From Candidatus Shapirobacteria bacterium (GTDB lineage Bacteria; Patescibacteriota; Microgenomatia; UBA12405), in contig JALHFY010000002.1 in the NCBI GenBank assembly GCA_022837635.1, positions 69,055 to 133,054 on the forward strand: a stretch of DNA of 64,000 nucleotides. Reading direction: 5' to 3'. The stretch's first letter is position 1. Each line of letters opens with the position of its first letter. The translations under genes were made by a program, and so were the position numbers. The notes under the pieces are model-generated. The model was given only the letters and a program-made list of their open reading frames with translations. It did not search any database and was not told the DNA's origin. Shown in pieces: positions 39,252-49,191 of this stretch.

Positions 39252-39581
39252 ATGCTTAAAAAAGAATTTAGATTAAACAAAAGAAAGGATTTTGAGGAAA
39301 TTAAGACCAAAGGGAAACTTAAAAACGGGGAATTGTTTAGTGTTTTAGAATTAAAAAAGGAGCAAAGAGGGTTGTTGAATGTAAAGGTAGCAGTAATAGT
39401 GTCTAAGAAGATTTCTAAAAAGGCGGTGGAGAGAAATAAAATTCGTCGAAAAATGTACCTAATGATAGGTAAAAATATGAACATTTTTCCAGAAGGTACC
39501 CGAGTTTTATTTTTAGTGAAAAAAAATATTTTAGATAAGAGTGAAGTGGAGATGGAAAAATGTTTAAGAAAATTGTTTTGA
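39252..39581 (+). CDS. rnpA: Ribonuclease P protein component
   Basis: RL..RKDF and VSKKISKKAVERNKIRR motifs; conserved synteny. Confidence 0.95.
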   Translation: MLKKEFRLNKRKDFEEIKTKGKLKNGELFSVLELKKEQRGLLNVKVAVIVSKKISKKAVERNKIRRKMYLMIGKNMNIFPEGTRVLFLVKKNILDKSEVEMEKCLRKLF

Positions 39582-39766
39582 AATTATTAGTTTTTTACAA
39601 AAAATATTTGTCTATAGGGGAAAACTGTCGTTTTGTGCCCAGTTGCAGTGAATACACTTATCAGGCGGTGGATAAGTACGGAATAATTAAGGGTTTGTTT
39701 TTAGGATTAAAAAGAATTAGTCGATGTAATAGGTGGCATCAAGGCGGAATAGATTTGCTAAAATAG
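39560..39766 (+). CDS. yidD: Membrane protein insertion efficiency factor
   Basis: CRFVPSCSEY and RISRCN...GG.D motifs. Confidence 0.95.
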   Translation: MFKKIVLKLLVFYKKYLSIGENCRFVPSCSEYTYQAVDKYGIIKGLFLGLKRISRCNRWHQGGIDLLK

Positions 39767-39770
39767 CCTC

Positions 39771-40553
39771 ATGAATCCTTTGGTAGCTCTCTTTGTTAAC
39801 GCGCTTTTTGGTTTTTATTATTTATTAGGTAACCTAGGATTATCGATTATTGTAGTGACTTTGTTAATTCGTTTAGCTTTGCTGCCTTTGATTTTGCCGA
39901 GTTTAAGGTCAGGTCGAAAAATGCAGGAGCTACAACCAGAACTGCAAAGACTACAAGACAAATATGGGAAAAATAAGACCGCTTTAGCTACGGCTCAGAT
40001 GGAGTTATATAAGAAGAAAGGAGTTAATCCCCTATCAGGTTGTTTACCGAATATTTTACAAATAGTGGTACTAATGCTGTTTTTTTCAGCCTTCAATATG
40101 GTGTCAGGATATGTAGATGGGAGAGTGAATGCGGAAACTATTAACAGGCAGTTAATAGCTCCATTTAAGATTCAAGAAGATTTTCGTTTTAGTGATCATT
40201 TTTTGGGGGTAAAATTATCAGAAACACCGACAAAAATGGTGAAAAATGGGGTGTCGGTGAGCTTATTATTACCATTGGTATTGCTCTTGGGCTCAGCTTA
40301 TTTGCAACATTGGACGGCTAAAAGAATGTTGCCAGCTTCAGCTCCAAAAGATACTGTTTATACCAAACAAACTCCGGGAGAAGGTGATGATATGATGGCA
40401 GCAATGAGAACCCAATCAACTTATATGATGCCGATGATGACTTTGTTTATCGGTTTGAATTTTTCGATGGGAATTTTGATTTATTGGTTTGTAAACAGTT
40501 TGACTATAGCCGGGCAACAGTTAATTATGGCTAAAAGTGAGGCAAAAAAGTAA
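39771..40553 (+). CDS. yidC: YidC/Oxa1 membrane insertase
   Basis: MQELQPEL, NPLSGCLP and YWFVN motifs. Confidence 0.95.
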   Translation: MNPLVALFVNALFGFYYLLGNLGLSIIVVTLLIRLALLPLILPSLRSGRKMQELQPELQRLQDKYGKNKTALATAQMELYKKKGVNPLSGCLPNILQIVVLMLFFSAFNMVSGYVDGRVNAETINRQLIAPFKIQEDFRFSDHFLGVKLSETPTKMVKNGVSVSLLLPLVLLLGSAYLQHWTAKRMLPASAPKDTVYTKQTPGEGDDMMAAMRTQSTYMMPMMTLFIGLNFSMGILIYWFVNSLTIAGQQLIMAKSEAKK

Positions 40554-40575
40554 ATTATTGTGTTAAAATCGCCAC

Positions 40576-41052
40576 ATGGATAATAAAGCTAGAAACGAAA
40601 AAATCTTGAATTTGACCTGCGAAATGTTGGGGAAAATTAATTATGAAGTGGAAAATGCGTTTGTAGAAGATATTCCTGGAGAGGCAGAAGAAAACCAAGT
40701 TTTGGTGAGTGTAACTGTCCCCCAACCCGGTGGATTAATTGGGTTTCGAGGTCGAAACATGTCGGCACTACAACTAGTGTTGTCGTTGGCGGTTAAGAAA
40801 AAGTTGGGTGAGTGGGTAAGAGTGGTTTTAGATATAAATAATTATCGAGAAGAGCAAAAAGTAAGATTAGAAAAAATGTCTAGAGATTTGGCACAAAAAG
40901 TGTTGGAAACCGGCAAAGAGGTACATATGGCCAACATGAGTTCTTACGAGAGAAGAATTTGTCATATGGTGTTGACGGAAATTGAGGGAATAACTTCGGA
41001 TTCTGAAGGTGAGGGTGAAGAAAGACATATTGTGATAAAAAAATTACAATAA
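40576..41052 (+). CDS. jag: Jag/KhpB KH-R3H RNA-binding protein
   Basis: LIGFRG..M.ALQ, DINNYR, MSSYERRICH and SEGEGEER motifs. Confidence 0.9.
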   Translation: MDNKARNEKILNLTCEMLGKINYEVENAFVEDIPGEAEENQVLVSVTVPQPGGLIGFRGRNMSALQLVLSLAVKKKLGEWVRVVLDINNYREEQKVRLEKMSRDLAQKVLETGKEVHMANMSSYERRICHMVLTEIEGITSDSEGEGEERHIVIKKLQ

Positions 41053-41187
41053 CCAAAAAACCTGCCTCGCCGGCAGGCAGGCAAATCTCAAACTCTTTGT
41101 AATTTGAATAATTGGACATTGTTTGTTTCTTGTAGATTTGGTTATTGGAGCTTGTTTGTATCTTGTGATTTTGGTTATTGGAATTTT
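41047..41187. repeat. AT-rich imperfect inverted element (family D) carrying a nested GC-rich palindrome
   Basis: Shares CAATAACCAAAAAA and TGTTTGTATCTTGTGATTTTGGTTATTGGAATTT with 62143-62260. Confidence 0.8.
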
Positions 41188-41206
41188 AAGTGTGGTAGCA
41201 TAGGGC

Positions 41207-42400
41207 GTGGAGAGATTTTGGACATTTTTATGGTTGTTGTTGGTGCCCACACAGTTGGGAAAACATTTTTGGTTAACCGAGAGTTATGTAGCAGGGATTA
41301 AGGTTGACTATTTGTCGATTATTTTATATTTGACAGATATGGTGTGGTTGGGGTGGGTGTTTAGCTTAAAAAAAGAAAGGAAGAAAAATAAGATTGGGAA
41401 AATTTTGGCGATATTATTGGTTATTTTGGTAAACGTGTGGATGGCTGAAGCGAGATGGGTGGCAGTGTATAGGTGGTTGAGAATAGGGCAATGGGTAGTT
41501 ACAGTCTGGTTGGTGGCTGAAAATAAAGAGAAAATTAAGGAAGTTTTACTAAAAGTGGTGCCGATATGGATATTGATAGAGGTGTTTTTGGCAGCATCTC
41601 AGGTGGCTAAAGGTGGCAGTTTAGAGGGTATTTGGTACTGGCTAGGCGAACGACGTTTTAGTTTTGGGAGTGTGGGAATTGCGCAAATGCGCTGGGGTAA
41701 TGAGGCGGCAATACGAGCTTACGGAACTTTTTCACACCCTAATTCATTGGCGGGATTTTTGTTATTGGTGTGGGTGTGGTGGAAAGAAGAAACCCGCCTA
41801 CCGGCGGGTAAACGAGAAACAAGAATATGGTATTGGGTGGTGAATTGGTCGGCAATATTGGGAATAATTTTAACGGGGAGTAGAACAGTGTGGGTGTTGG
41901 CATTATTGACATGGATATTAGAAACAAGAAACAAGAAACTAGAAACAAGAAGAATTTTGGGCAGAATATTAGTAGTATTAGGAGTGGGGGCAATGGTGTT
42001 GGGATTGCTGGGACGGGAATATGAGTTAAAGAGTTTTTTGGGTGGCTGGGATAGTCAAAGTTGGCAAAAAAGAATGAGTTTGAACATGTCAGCTTTAGAG
42101 ATGATGGCCGACTCCCCTATTTTCGGAGTGGGAGCAGGAAATTTTACTAAGAGATTGGGAGAATACCAGAAAGGAAGTTTTTACTGGTTGCAGCCAGTTC
42201 ATAATATTTTGTTGTTGGCTTTAAGTGAGACAGGAATAGTGGGAGCAATGATGTTTTGGAAGTTTTTTAAGAGGTACTGGAAAAAGATTGACTGGTGGAT
42301 GGGGATGATAATAATGGTAACAGGGTTGGTGGATCATTATTGGCTAACACTACCACAAAATACTTGGCTTCTGGCCATAATTTTAGGGATTTTGGGGTAG
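41207..42400 (+). CDS. O-antigen ligase-like membrane protein
   Basis: RAYGTFSHPNSLAG, T.SR, GVG.GNF and PVHN motifs. Confidence 0.85.
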   Translation: MERFWTFLWLLLVPTQLGKHFWLTESYVAGIKVDYLSIILYLTDMVWLGWVFSLKKERKKNKIGKILAILLVILVNVWMAEARWVAVYRWLRIGQWVVTVWLVAENKEKIKEVLLKVVPIWILIEVFLAASQVAKGGSLEGIWYWLGERRFSFGSVGIAQMRWGNEAAIRAYGTFSHPNSLAGFLLLVWVWWKEETRLPAGKRETRIWYWVVNWSAILGIILTGSRTVWVLALLTWILETRNKKLETRRILGRILVVLGVGAMVLGLLGREYELKSFLGGWDSQSWQKRMSLNMSALEMMADSPIFGVGAGNFTKRLGEYQKGSFYWLQPVHNILLLALSETGIVGAMMFWKFFKRYWKKIDWWMGMIIMVTGLVDHYWLTLPQNTWLLAIILGILG

Positions 42401-42409
42401 AATTGTTTT

Positions 42410-43624
42410 ATGTTCAAAAGATTAGCCTTAAATACGGCAGTGCAGACTTTGGGGCGGGCAATAATGGTGGGAGTATCGTTATTAACGACTGGAATATTAA
42501 CGAGAAAACTGGGAGTAACTGGGTATGGAAATTTTTTACTGATAGGTTCTTTGGGAGTGTTTTTTGATACCTTGGCGGACTTTGGAACAACTATCATGGG
42601 TGTTAGAGAAGCTTCTAAGGAGGAAAGTGAAGTTGGAAAGAAAAAAGTTTGGTCAAATACAGCTATTTTGAGAATAAAAATGGCTTTAGTTAGTTTTTGT
42701 CTGGCAATAATAGTAACTTTTGTATGGCCGGATTTTAAGGAAATTAGAATGGAGGCAATTTTGGCTTGGGTGATGCTGTTGTTTACTTCAATTGCTGGAA
42801 GTTTTAGCATAATTTGGCAAACAAGATTGAGAATGGAAAAGAAGGTAGTAGCAGAGGTTATGTTTCCTAGTTTGTTTTTAGTGGCTTTATGGTTACATCA
42901 AGGAGAAATAAGTTTATTGTGGGTGTTTGGGATATATTTGTTGGCTCGAATTATAAGTTTGAGTTATGCCTGGTATGTAGCTCGTGGATCGATTTCTTTT
43001 AGGAAAAAAGATAAAGAATTGATTAAAAAAATCTTAAGGTTGAGTTGGCCAATGGGAGTTTATTTACTGATTTTTTCAGCTTATGATCGGGCGGCAGATT
43101 CGTTGATGATTAGGCGAATGTTAGGGGAAAATGAAGTGGCTTGGTATGGGTTGGCGTATAAAATTTATGCAGTATTGGTACAACCAGCATATTTTTTAGT
43201 AAGTGGAGTTTTTCCGACCTTATCGGCAAGAAAAGAGACTAAAAAGGTGTTTGGATTAACGGCTGGCTTGTTATTAATTGCGGCAGGATTGGTGATTAGC
43301 CTGAGTTGGGTATTGGCGCCATGGATGATTAAAGTATTGGCGGGAGAAGGTTATGAAAGAGCAGTGGAGGTATTACGGATTTTAGTTTTTGCCTTATTAT
43401 TCTCATATTTGGGTCATTTGGTAGGCTTTACTTTAATTGCTAAAGAAGGGCAAAAGGAAATGTCAAAATTAAGTTTGTTGGTATTGTTTTTTAATTTGAT
43501 AGCTAATTTGATATTTATTCCTATACTTGGGTTAAAAGGAGCGGCGGGAGTGACAGTAACTACGGAAGCTTTATCACTGGGTTTCATGAGTTGGAAACTG
43601 AGACAAAAAACGAGTCTTAAGTAA
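42410..43624 (+). CDS. Wzx/MOP-family polysaccharide flippase
   Basis: Multi-TM; LTR.LG..GYG, DFG, D.LMI...LG..EV..Y and NL.FIP..G..GAA motifs. Confidence 0.85.
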   Translation: MFKRLALNTAVQTLGRAIMVGVSLLTTGILTRKLGVTGYGNFLLIGSLGVFFDTLADFGTTIMGVREASKEESEVGKKKVWSNTAILRIKMALVSFCLAIIVTFVWPDFKEIRMEAILAWVMLLFTSIAGSFSIIWQTRLRMEKKVVAEVMFPSLFLVALWLHQGEISLLWVFGIYLLARIISLSYAWYVARGSISFRKKDKELIKKILRLSWPMGVYLLIFSAYDRAADSLMIRRMLGENEVAWYGLAYKIYAVLVQPAYFLVSGVFPTLSARKETKKVFGLTAGLLLIAAGLVISLSWVLAPWMIKVLAGEGYERAVEVLRILVFALLFSYLGHLVGFTLIAKEGQKEMSKLSLLVLFFNLIANLIFIPILGLKGAAGVTVTTEALSLGFMSWKLRQKTSLK

Positions 43625-43783
43625 AGAGTAATCAGTAGAAAGATATAGTTCCCTATCTATTGTTCTAACGTTTTTTCACGTAATAACTAAGGAGTTTGAC
43701 AAGTTATGACATATTTTGACAATTATTTACCGCAGAATAACCGAAAGATTTCCGCAAAGATATTTTTGCTTTAGAATGGAAGT

Positions 43784-46732
43784 ATGGAAGGGCAATTTAA
43801 TGGAGCAATGATAATTGGAGATAATTTTGTGGCCCAAAAATTGCGGGAGAGGTTGCAGCAGGATGAAATCAGAGTCTGGTGGGACAACGAAGAAATGGTG
43901 GAAAATGCGGCTTATATTTTTGATTTTGAAGGGAAGGAGTTGGTGTGGGAGAGTTTGAACAAGAAACAGAAATTAGTGCTGGTATTGGTAGATGATTTTT
44001 CAAAATTACCTGAGATTAGGGGAAAATTACAGAAAAGTGAGTTAAATTGGCGAATATTGTTGGCGGAAAATGTTTATGGAGAGGGAATGAGTGAAGAGGG
44101 TTTTATCGGGGAAGCCTTGGCATTGGCAGCGAGAAATAAAAACTTAATTTTGCCTGATTTAGGGAGAAATTTTTCCTTGGTTGCAGCAGGTGATGTGGTG
44201 GAAGCGGCTTTACGGGCTTGTTTTGTGTCGGGAACTCAGGGAAAAATTTTGAAAATATCGGGAAAAGAAACTGATTCTTTGGTGGTAGCCAAGGTACTTT
44301 TTGATGAGGCTAAAATGACCAAAGAGGAGGTAATTCAAGATCAGGAAATAGTGGTGTCGAAGCTGGTGGAACTGGATTTGGAGGGAGTGGAGGAAGCGGA
44401 AAGTTGGTTAAGATGGCAACCAAGTATAGAGTTTAGGGAGGGGGTAAAAGGAGTAATTCAAGAATTTGTGGCGAGAGTGGACGAAGAGAGTCGGAATAAA
44501 AAAAGAGAGAAGGTGAAGAAACCCGCCTCCGCCCCGCCGCTGCGGGGCTACGGCGTGGTAAAACAAAAACGAGAGAGGATGTATGAAGTGGTGACAAATC
44601 CACCCCCATCCCCTCCTTTGAAGAAAGGAGGGGAGAAAGTTGTCTCCATGGACTCGATAAATCCACCCCCATCCCCTCCTTTGAAGAAAGGAGGGGAGAA
44701 AGCTAATTTTGAGGCGGAAGAACCAATGACCTTTGAGAGTTTGAGAAAAAAGTGGGTGGTTAATAAGGATATGCAGATTAAGCAGGAGGCGATGACTAAG
44801 GAGGATGAATCATTGATTGATAAATTTGATTTGTTGAATTTGAAGGAGAAAAATCCACCCCCATCCCCTCCTTTGAAGAAAGGAGGGGAGAGTGATCAAA
44901 AAACTAAAATTGGAAAGAAGCCAACAATAGGTAAATATGTGTGGTGGGGGGTGGGTGGAGTGGCGGTGTTGTTGGCGGGATGGTGGTTGGTGAATGCAGT
45001 GAGTTTACTATTATTACCCAAGAGGATTGTAGCGGCTCAAGAAATGGTGATTAAAGGTGAGTACAATCAGGCTCAGAAGGAAGCTGAAAAATTAAAAAAG
45101 AGAAGTGAAAATTTACGGCAAATATTTTCCGGAGGAGAGGTAGGAGCCTTGTTGAGAGCGGGAGAGGAAGGACTGAGCTTATTGGAACTATCGGCTGATT
45201 TAGCACAAAGTAGTGACCGAATTAGAGAAGGGGTGTTTACGGATAAAAAAATTGATTTAAGAGTAGAAATGGAAAAAGGTCAAAAATATGCCAGGGAGGC
45301 AGTGTCGAGAATGGGTTTATTGCAAGGTAGATTGTCGGGACAATGGGAAAAAATTCCCAAAACTATGAGAGGGAAAATAATTGAATTGAGAGATAAGTTG
45401 GCGGTGGAGAGACGAAAGGCGGAAATATTAGCAGAAGTTTTACCAAGTATGGGACAAGTTTTAGGGATAGATGGTCAGAGACGGGAATATTTAGTGTTGT
45501 TGCAAAATGAAAGTGAATTAAGGCCAGGTGGAGGCTTTATAGGCTCCTATGCGATTTTAAGTTTTGAAGATGGTAAATTTATTAATTTTGAAGTACAGGA
45601 CGTTTATGAGGCGGATGGGCAGCTTAAAGGCCATGTGGAGCCACCAGAGGAAATAAAAAAACATTTAGGAGAGGCGGGGTGGTTTATGAGAGATGCTAAT
45701 TGGCAAGCTAGTTTTCCAGCGGCGGCCAAAGATGTTGTTTGGTTTTTGGAAAAGGAAACCGGGCGTAAAGTGGATGGGGTGATTGGGATAAATTTAGCGA
45801 TGGTTAAGGCGATATTGAAGGTAAGCGGTGAGTTGTTTGTGCCCGATTTCAAGGAAAAAGTTAATACTGATAATTTATATGAAAAAGCGGAATATTACTC
45901 GGAAAATAACTTTTTTCCGGGTTCGGTACAGAAGGCCAGTTTTTTGGGAGGAGTGAGCAAGCAATTGATGGAAGAGATTAAAAACATGAAAGTGGAAAAA
46001 GGAGAGGCACTATTATCGGCAATATTGGAAGTGTTGGAAAAAAATGAGATGCAAATAGCTCTAAATGAAGCGCAATCGGCAGCAGTGATGCTAAATTTAG
46101 GTTGGGATGGATCGATTTATGATGGTAAGTGTAGTAGTGACAGATGTTTGGCTGATTATCTTTATTTAGTAGAGGCGAATTTTGGGGTAAACAAGGCCAA
46201 TTATTTTATAAACCGAAGGATAAACCGAAGCGTGGAAATATTGCCAAATGAAGTTAAAAACAATTTAAGAATTAGTTATGAAAATACGGCTAAAAGTAAT
46301 TCTTTTCCGGGAGGAGATTATAAGAATTATTTAAGAGTATATATGCCAAAAGAAGCTCAATTAACGGAGGTGGCAGTGACTGAAGAAGGAAAAGGGAGGC
46401 GGGTGGTTGGAGGTACAGATTTGGTAATCAAGGAAATTTTAGGTAAAAAGGAAGTAGGTTTTTTGGTGACGACAGAGGTAAGTAAAAAGGCGGAAGTTGA
46501 GGTGAAATATAAGCAAACTATTAATTTGGCTCAAGGAGATAAGTTTTCTTATTTAAGTTATTGGCAAAAACAAAGTGGTTATGGGAGAACGGGTGTAAAA
46601 ATGACAGTGAATGTACCTGCGGGTTGGGTGGTGAGTGGAGTGGAACCAGCGGCGGAGGTGTGGAATAATCAGATTATATTTGAAGGAGAATTGGAAAAAG
46701 ATTTGAGAATGGGGGTGGAGATATCTCAATGA
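43784..46732 (+). CDS. DUF4012-domain membrane-anchored protein with degenerate epimerase-like N-terminal domain
   Basis: YLVLLQNESELRPGGGFIGSY, RDANW...FP and N.G.NKAN motifs. Linker contains four palindromic insertions. Confidence 0.8.
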   Translation: MEGQFNGAMIIGDNFVAQKLRERLQQDEIRVWWDNEEMVENAAYIFDFEGKELVWESLNKKQKLVLVLVDDFSKLPEIRGKLQKSELNWRILLAENVYGEGMSEEGFIGEALALAARNKNLILPDLGRNFSLVAAGDVVEAALRACFVSGTQGKILKISGKETDSLVVAKVLFDEAKMTKEEVIQDQEIVVSKLVELDLEGVEEAESWLRWQPSIEFREGVKGVIQEFVARVDEESRNKKREKVKKPASAPPLRGYGVVKQKRERMYEVVTNPPPSPPLKKGGEKVVSMDSINPPPSPPLKKGGEKANFEAEEPMTFESLRKKWVVNKDMQIKQEAMTKEDESLIDKFDLLNLKEKNPPPSPPLKKGGESDQKTKIGKKPTIGKYVWWGVGGVAVLLAGWWLVNAVSLLLLPKRIVAAQEMVIKGEYNQAQKEAEKLKKRSENLRQIFSGGEVGALLRAGEEGLSLLELSADLAQSSDRIREGVFTDKKIDLRVEMEKGQKYAREAVSRMGLLQGRLSGQWEKIPKTMRGKIIELRDKLAVERRKAEILAEVLPSMGQVLGIDGQRREYLVLLQNESELRPGGGFIGSYAILSFEDGKFINFEVQDVYEADGQLKGHVEPPEEIKKHLGEAGWFMRDANWQASFPAAAKDVVWFLEKETGRKVDGVIGINLAMVKAILKVSGELFVPDFKEKVNTDNLYEKAEYYSENNFFPGSVQKASFLGGVSKQLMEEIKNMKVEKGEALLSAILEVLEKNEMQIALNEAQSAAVMLNLGWDGSIYDGKCSSDRCLADYLYLVEANFGVNKANYFINRRINRSVEILPNEVKNNLRISYENTAKSNSFPGGDYKNYLRVYMPKEAQLTEVAVTEEGKGRRVVGGTDLVIKEILGKKEVGFLVTTEVSKKAEVEVKYKQTINLAQGDKFSYLSYWQKQSGYGRTGVKMTVNVPAGWVVSGVEPAAEVWNNQIIFEGELEKDLRMGVEISQ

Positions 46733-46818
46733 TCAGACTCATGTTGTTTTTGCCGTGCTCACGCGCTGGCGGCTTCGCCTGGCATGATTGCGCGCGGAAA
46801 AACAACATTTCGTCTGAT
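46732..46818. repeat. 87-bp palindromic element (intergenic)
   Basis: ATCAGAC-TC-ATGTTGTTTTT ... AAAAACAACAT-TTC-GTCTGAT. Confidence 0.8.
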
Positions 46819-46838
46819 TATTGTGTAGAGTTGTGTAG

Positions 46839-47240
46839 ATGAAAAATTTTAAGAGGGTGAAGGAAGATTTTGTGTGCGAGAAGTGTGGTTGGGTGGTGCA
46901 AGGTGATGGTTATACGGATCACTGCCCCAAATGTTTGTGGGGTAAGCATGTAGATAAAAATATACCAGGAGATAGGCAATCTGACTGTCGGGCTTTGATG
47001 GAAGCAGTAGAGACCGAATATAAAAAAGGTGTTTTTCGGATTCATTATAAGTGTCAAGGTTGTGATCATGAATTCTGGGTAAGGGAAGGAGAAGAGGATG
47101 ATAGAGAAAAATTAATGGAGTTAAGTGGTATAATCAGAAACGATGTGGGAGAAAATAAAAAAACTGATTTTGCCCAAAAAACAGGTAAAAAAACAAGTAA
47201 AAAAGCAAGAAGAAAAAATTCCTCAAGAGATTTTAGATAA
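46839..47240 (+). CDS. RNHCP-domain protein
   Basis: F.CEKCG, YTDHCPKCLWGKHVD..PGDR...C and C..C motifs. Confidence 0.85.
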   Translation: MKNFKRVKEDFVCEKCGWVVQGDGYTDHCPKCLWGKHVDKNIPGDRQSDCRALMEAVETEYKKGVFRIHYKCQGCDHEFWVREGEEDDREKLMELSGIIRNDVGENKKTDFAQKTGKKTSKKARRKNSSRDFR

Positions 47241-49071
47241 ATTGCCGCCGGGGGTAAAAATAAAGAAAATTGAAATCGGACCAATGTCAGTGGTACGGAG
47301 CTTGTTTTACTTATTGTTGGTTTACATGTTGATTTCTGGTTTATTGTCTTTTTTGGTGGGTGATTCGATTAAAAAAGTGCCTTTGTCGGAGTTAGTAAAA
47401 GAAGTAAAAGAAGATAGAGTTGAAGAAATAACAGTGATGGATAATGAGATTTTGGCTAAGGTTAGGGGTGAAGAAAAAACTTTAGTGTCTTCTAAGGAAA
47501 GTGAAATTTCGATGACAGAGGTATTTCAAAGAGAAGGGGTGGATATCAGTAATTTGAATTTTGAGGTAGAAAATCGAAGTGGGTGGAAGGCAGCGGGGGA
47601 AATTGCGATGACTTTATTGTCAATTGGAATGCCAATTTTGTTTATTATGTGGTTATTTAATCGTCAAGGCGGTGGTGGACAAGGCGGAGGGATTTTTGGT
47701 TTTGGTAAATCGACAGCAAAATTGTTTATTAAGGGTAAACAAAATGTGCGATTTAAGGATGTGGCCGGGGTGGAGGAAGCCAAAAAAGATTTAGAGGAAG
47801 TGGTGGATTTTTTGAAACATCCGGAAAAATATCAAAAAATGGGAGCCAGGGCACCACGAGGAGTGTTGTTAGTGGGACCGGCAGGAGTGGGGAAAACACT
47901 CTTAGCTAAGGCGGTGGCGGGAGAGGCGAATGTACCTTTTTATTCAATGGCGGGCAGTGAATTTATGGAAATGTTGGTGGGGGTAGGAGCATCTAGAGTC
48001 AGAGATTTGTTTGCCACGGCAAAAAGAGCAGGTAAGGCCATAATTTTTATTGATGAGATTGATGCCATTGGTCGGATGAGAGGCGGATTTGATGGTGGGC
48101 ATGGCGAAAGAGAGCAAACTTTGAATCAAATTTTAGTAGAAATGGATGGTTTTGAAACCAATACGGCGGTGGTGGTTTTGGCGGCGACAAATAGAGGTGA
48201 TTTGTTAGATCCGGCGCTGTTGAGGCCGGGACGTTTTGATAGAAGAGTGGTTTTAGAAATGCCTGATTTGGAAGCCAGGGAAAATATTATTAAGATTCAC
48301 GCTCAAGGAAAACCAGTGGACTCTAAGGTAAATTGGAAAACTGTGGCCAAGAGAACAGTGGGTTTTTCGGGAGCGGATATTGAAAATATGCTGAATGAAG
48401 CGGCAATTAAGGCGGCCAGGGAAAATAAGGTTAAAATTGATATGAGTGATATTGAAGAGGCGGCATTGAAGGTAAAATTAGGTTCGGAAAAGAAAAGGAA
48501 TCAGACCGAAGATGATCGAAAAATGACGGCTTATCATGAGGCTGGACACGCCTTGGTGAATTATTATGAAGATTTGGATCCGGTACACAGAGTCTCGATT
48601 GTATCGCGAGGATTGGCGCTGGGTTATACCTTGGTGCCACCAAAAATGGATCGAGTACATGAAACTAAATCAAGACTGGTGAAACAGATGGCGATGGCGA
48701 TGGGTGGTCGAGCGGCGGAGGAATTGGTGTTTGGAGATATTACTACCGGAGCTAGCAGTGATATTAGTCACGTAACTAATATTGCCAGAAAAATGGTGGA
48801 AGAATGGGGGATGTCTGAGTTGGGACCGATTAATTGGGGACCACAAATTGATCCGAGTGATTTTGGCAGAAGTTGGATAGAGCCGGCCAATATATCGCCG
48901 GAGATGCGGGCAAAAATTGATATGGAGGTGAAAAAACTAGTAGAAGGGGCGAAAAAGAGAGCGGTGACTATTTTGAAAACTCATCGGAAAAAATTAGATG
49001 AAGTAGCCGAGGTGTTGGTAGAAAAAGAGAGTTTGGATAGTGAGGAGTTTGAAGAGTTGATGAAAAAGTAA
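47143..49071 (+). CDS. ftsH: ATP-dependent zinc metalloprotease FtsH
   Basis: GPAGVGKT, DEIDAIG, EREQTLNQILVEMDG and HEAGH motifs. Confidence 0.97.
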   Translation: MWEKIKKLILPKKQVKKQVKKQEEKIPQEILDKLPPGVKIKKIEIGPMSVVRSLFYLLLVYMLISGLLSFLVGDSIKKVPLSELVKEVKEDRVEEITVMDNEILAKVRGEEKTLVSSKESEISMTEVFQREGVDISNLNFEVENRSGWKAAGEIAMTLLSIGMPILFIMWLFNRQGGGGQGGGIFGFGKSTAKLFIKGKQNVRFKDVAGVEEAKKDLEEVVDFLKHPEKYQKMGARAPRGVLLVGPAGVGKTLLAKAVAGEANVPFYSMAGSEFMEMLVGVGASRVRDLFATAKRAGKAIIFIDEIDAIGRMRGGFDGGHGEREQTLNQILVEMDGFETNTAVVVLAATNRGDLLDPALLRPGRFDRRVVLEMPDLEARENIIKIHAQGKPVDSKVNWKTVAKRTVGFSGADIENMLNEAAIKAARENKVKIDMSDIEEAALKVKLGSEKKRNQTEDDRKMTAYHEAGHALVNYYEDLDPVHRVSIVSRGLALGYTLVPPKMDRVHETKSRLVKQMAMAMGGRAAEELVFGDITTGASSDISHVTNIARKMVEEWGMSELGPINWGPQIDPSDFGRSWIEPANISPEMRAKIDMEVKKLVEGAKKRAVTILKTHRKKLDEVAEVLVEKESLDSEEFEELMKK

Positions 49072-49185
49072 AATCACCCCTAACCCCTCTTTGAAGAAAG
49101 AGGGGAATTTTGTGTATACTATGTAATAATATTTACATTAATTTTCCCCTCCTTTGGTCAAAGGAGGGGATGGAGGGGTAGATTT
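49071..49185. repeat. Inverted pair of family-A REP-like hairpins upstream of DUF559 gene
   Basis: AAATCACCCCTAACCCCTCTTTGAAGAAAGAGGGG at 49071 and a reverse copy at 49141-49185. Confidence 0.85.
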
Positions 49186-49191
49186 TTAAGA

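Noticed and set aside
41044-41301. Short ORFs with ITK/NWxLFV periodicity
   Set aside because: They are translations of the family-D repeat element and are unlikely to be real genes.
44519-44891. Near-identical 41-bp repeats with unique spacers, superficially CRISPR-like
   Set aside because: Spacing is irregular, the copies lie in frame within a long ORF and recur elsewhere, and there are no cas genes. Treated as dispersed palindromic elements.
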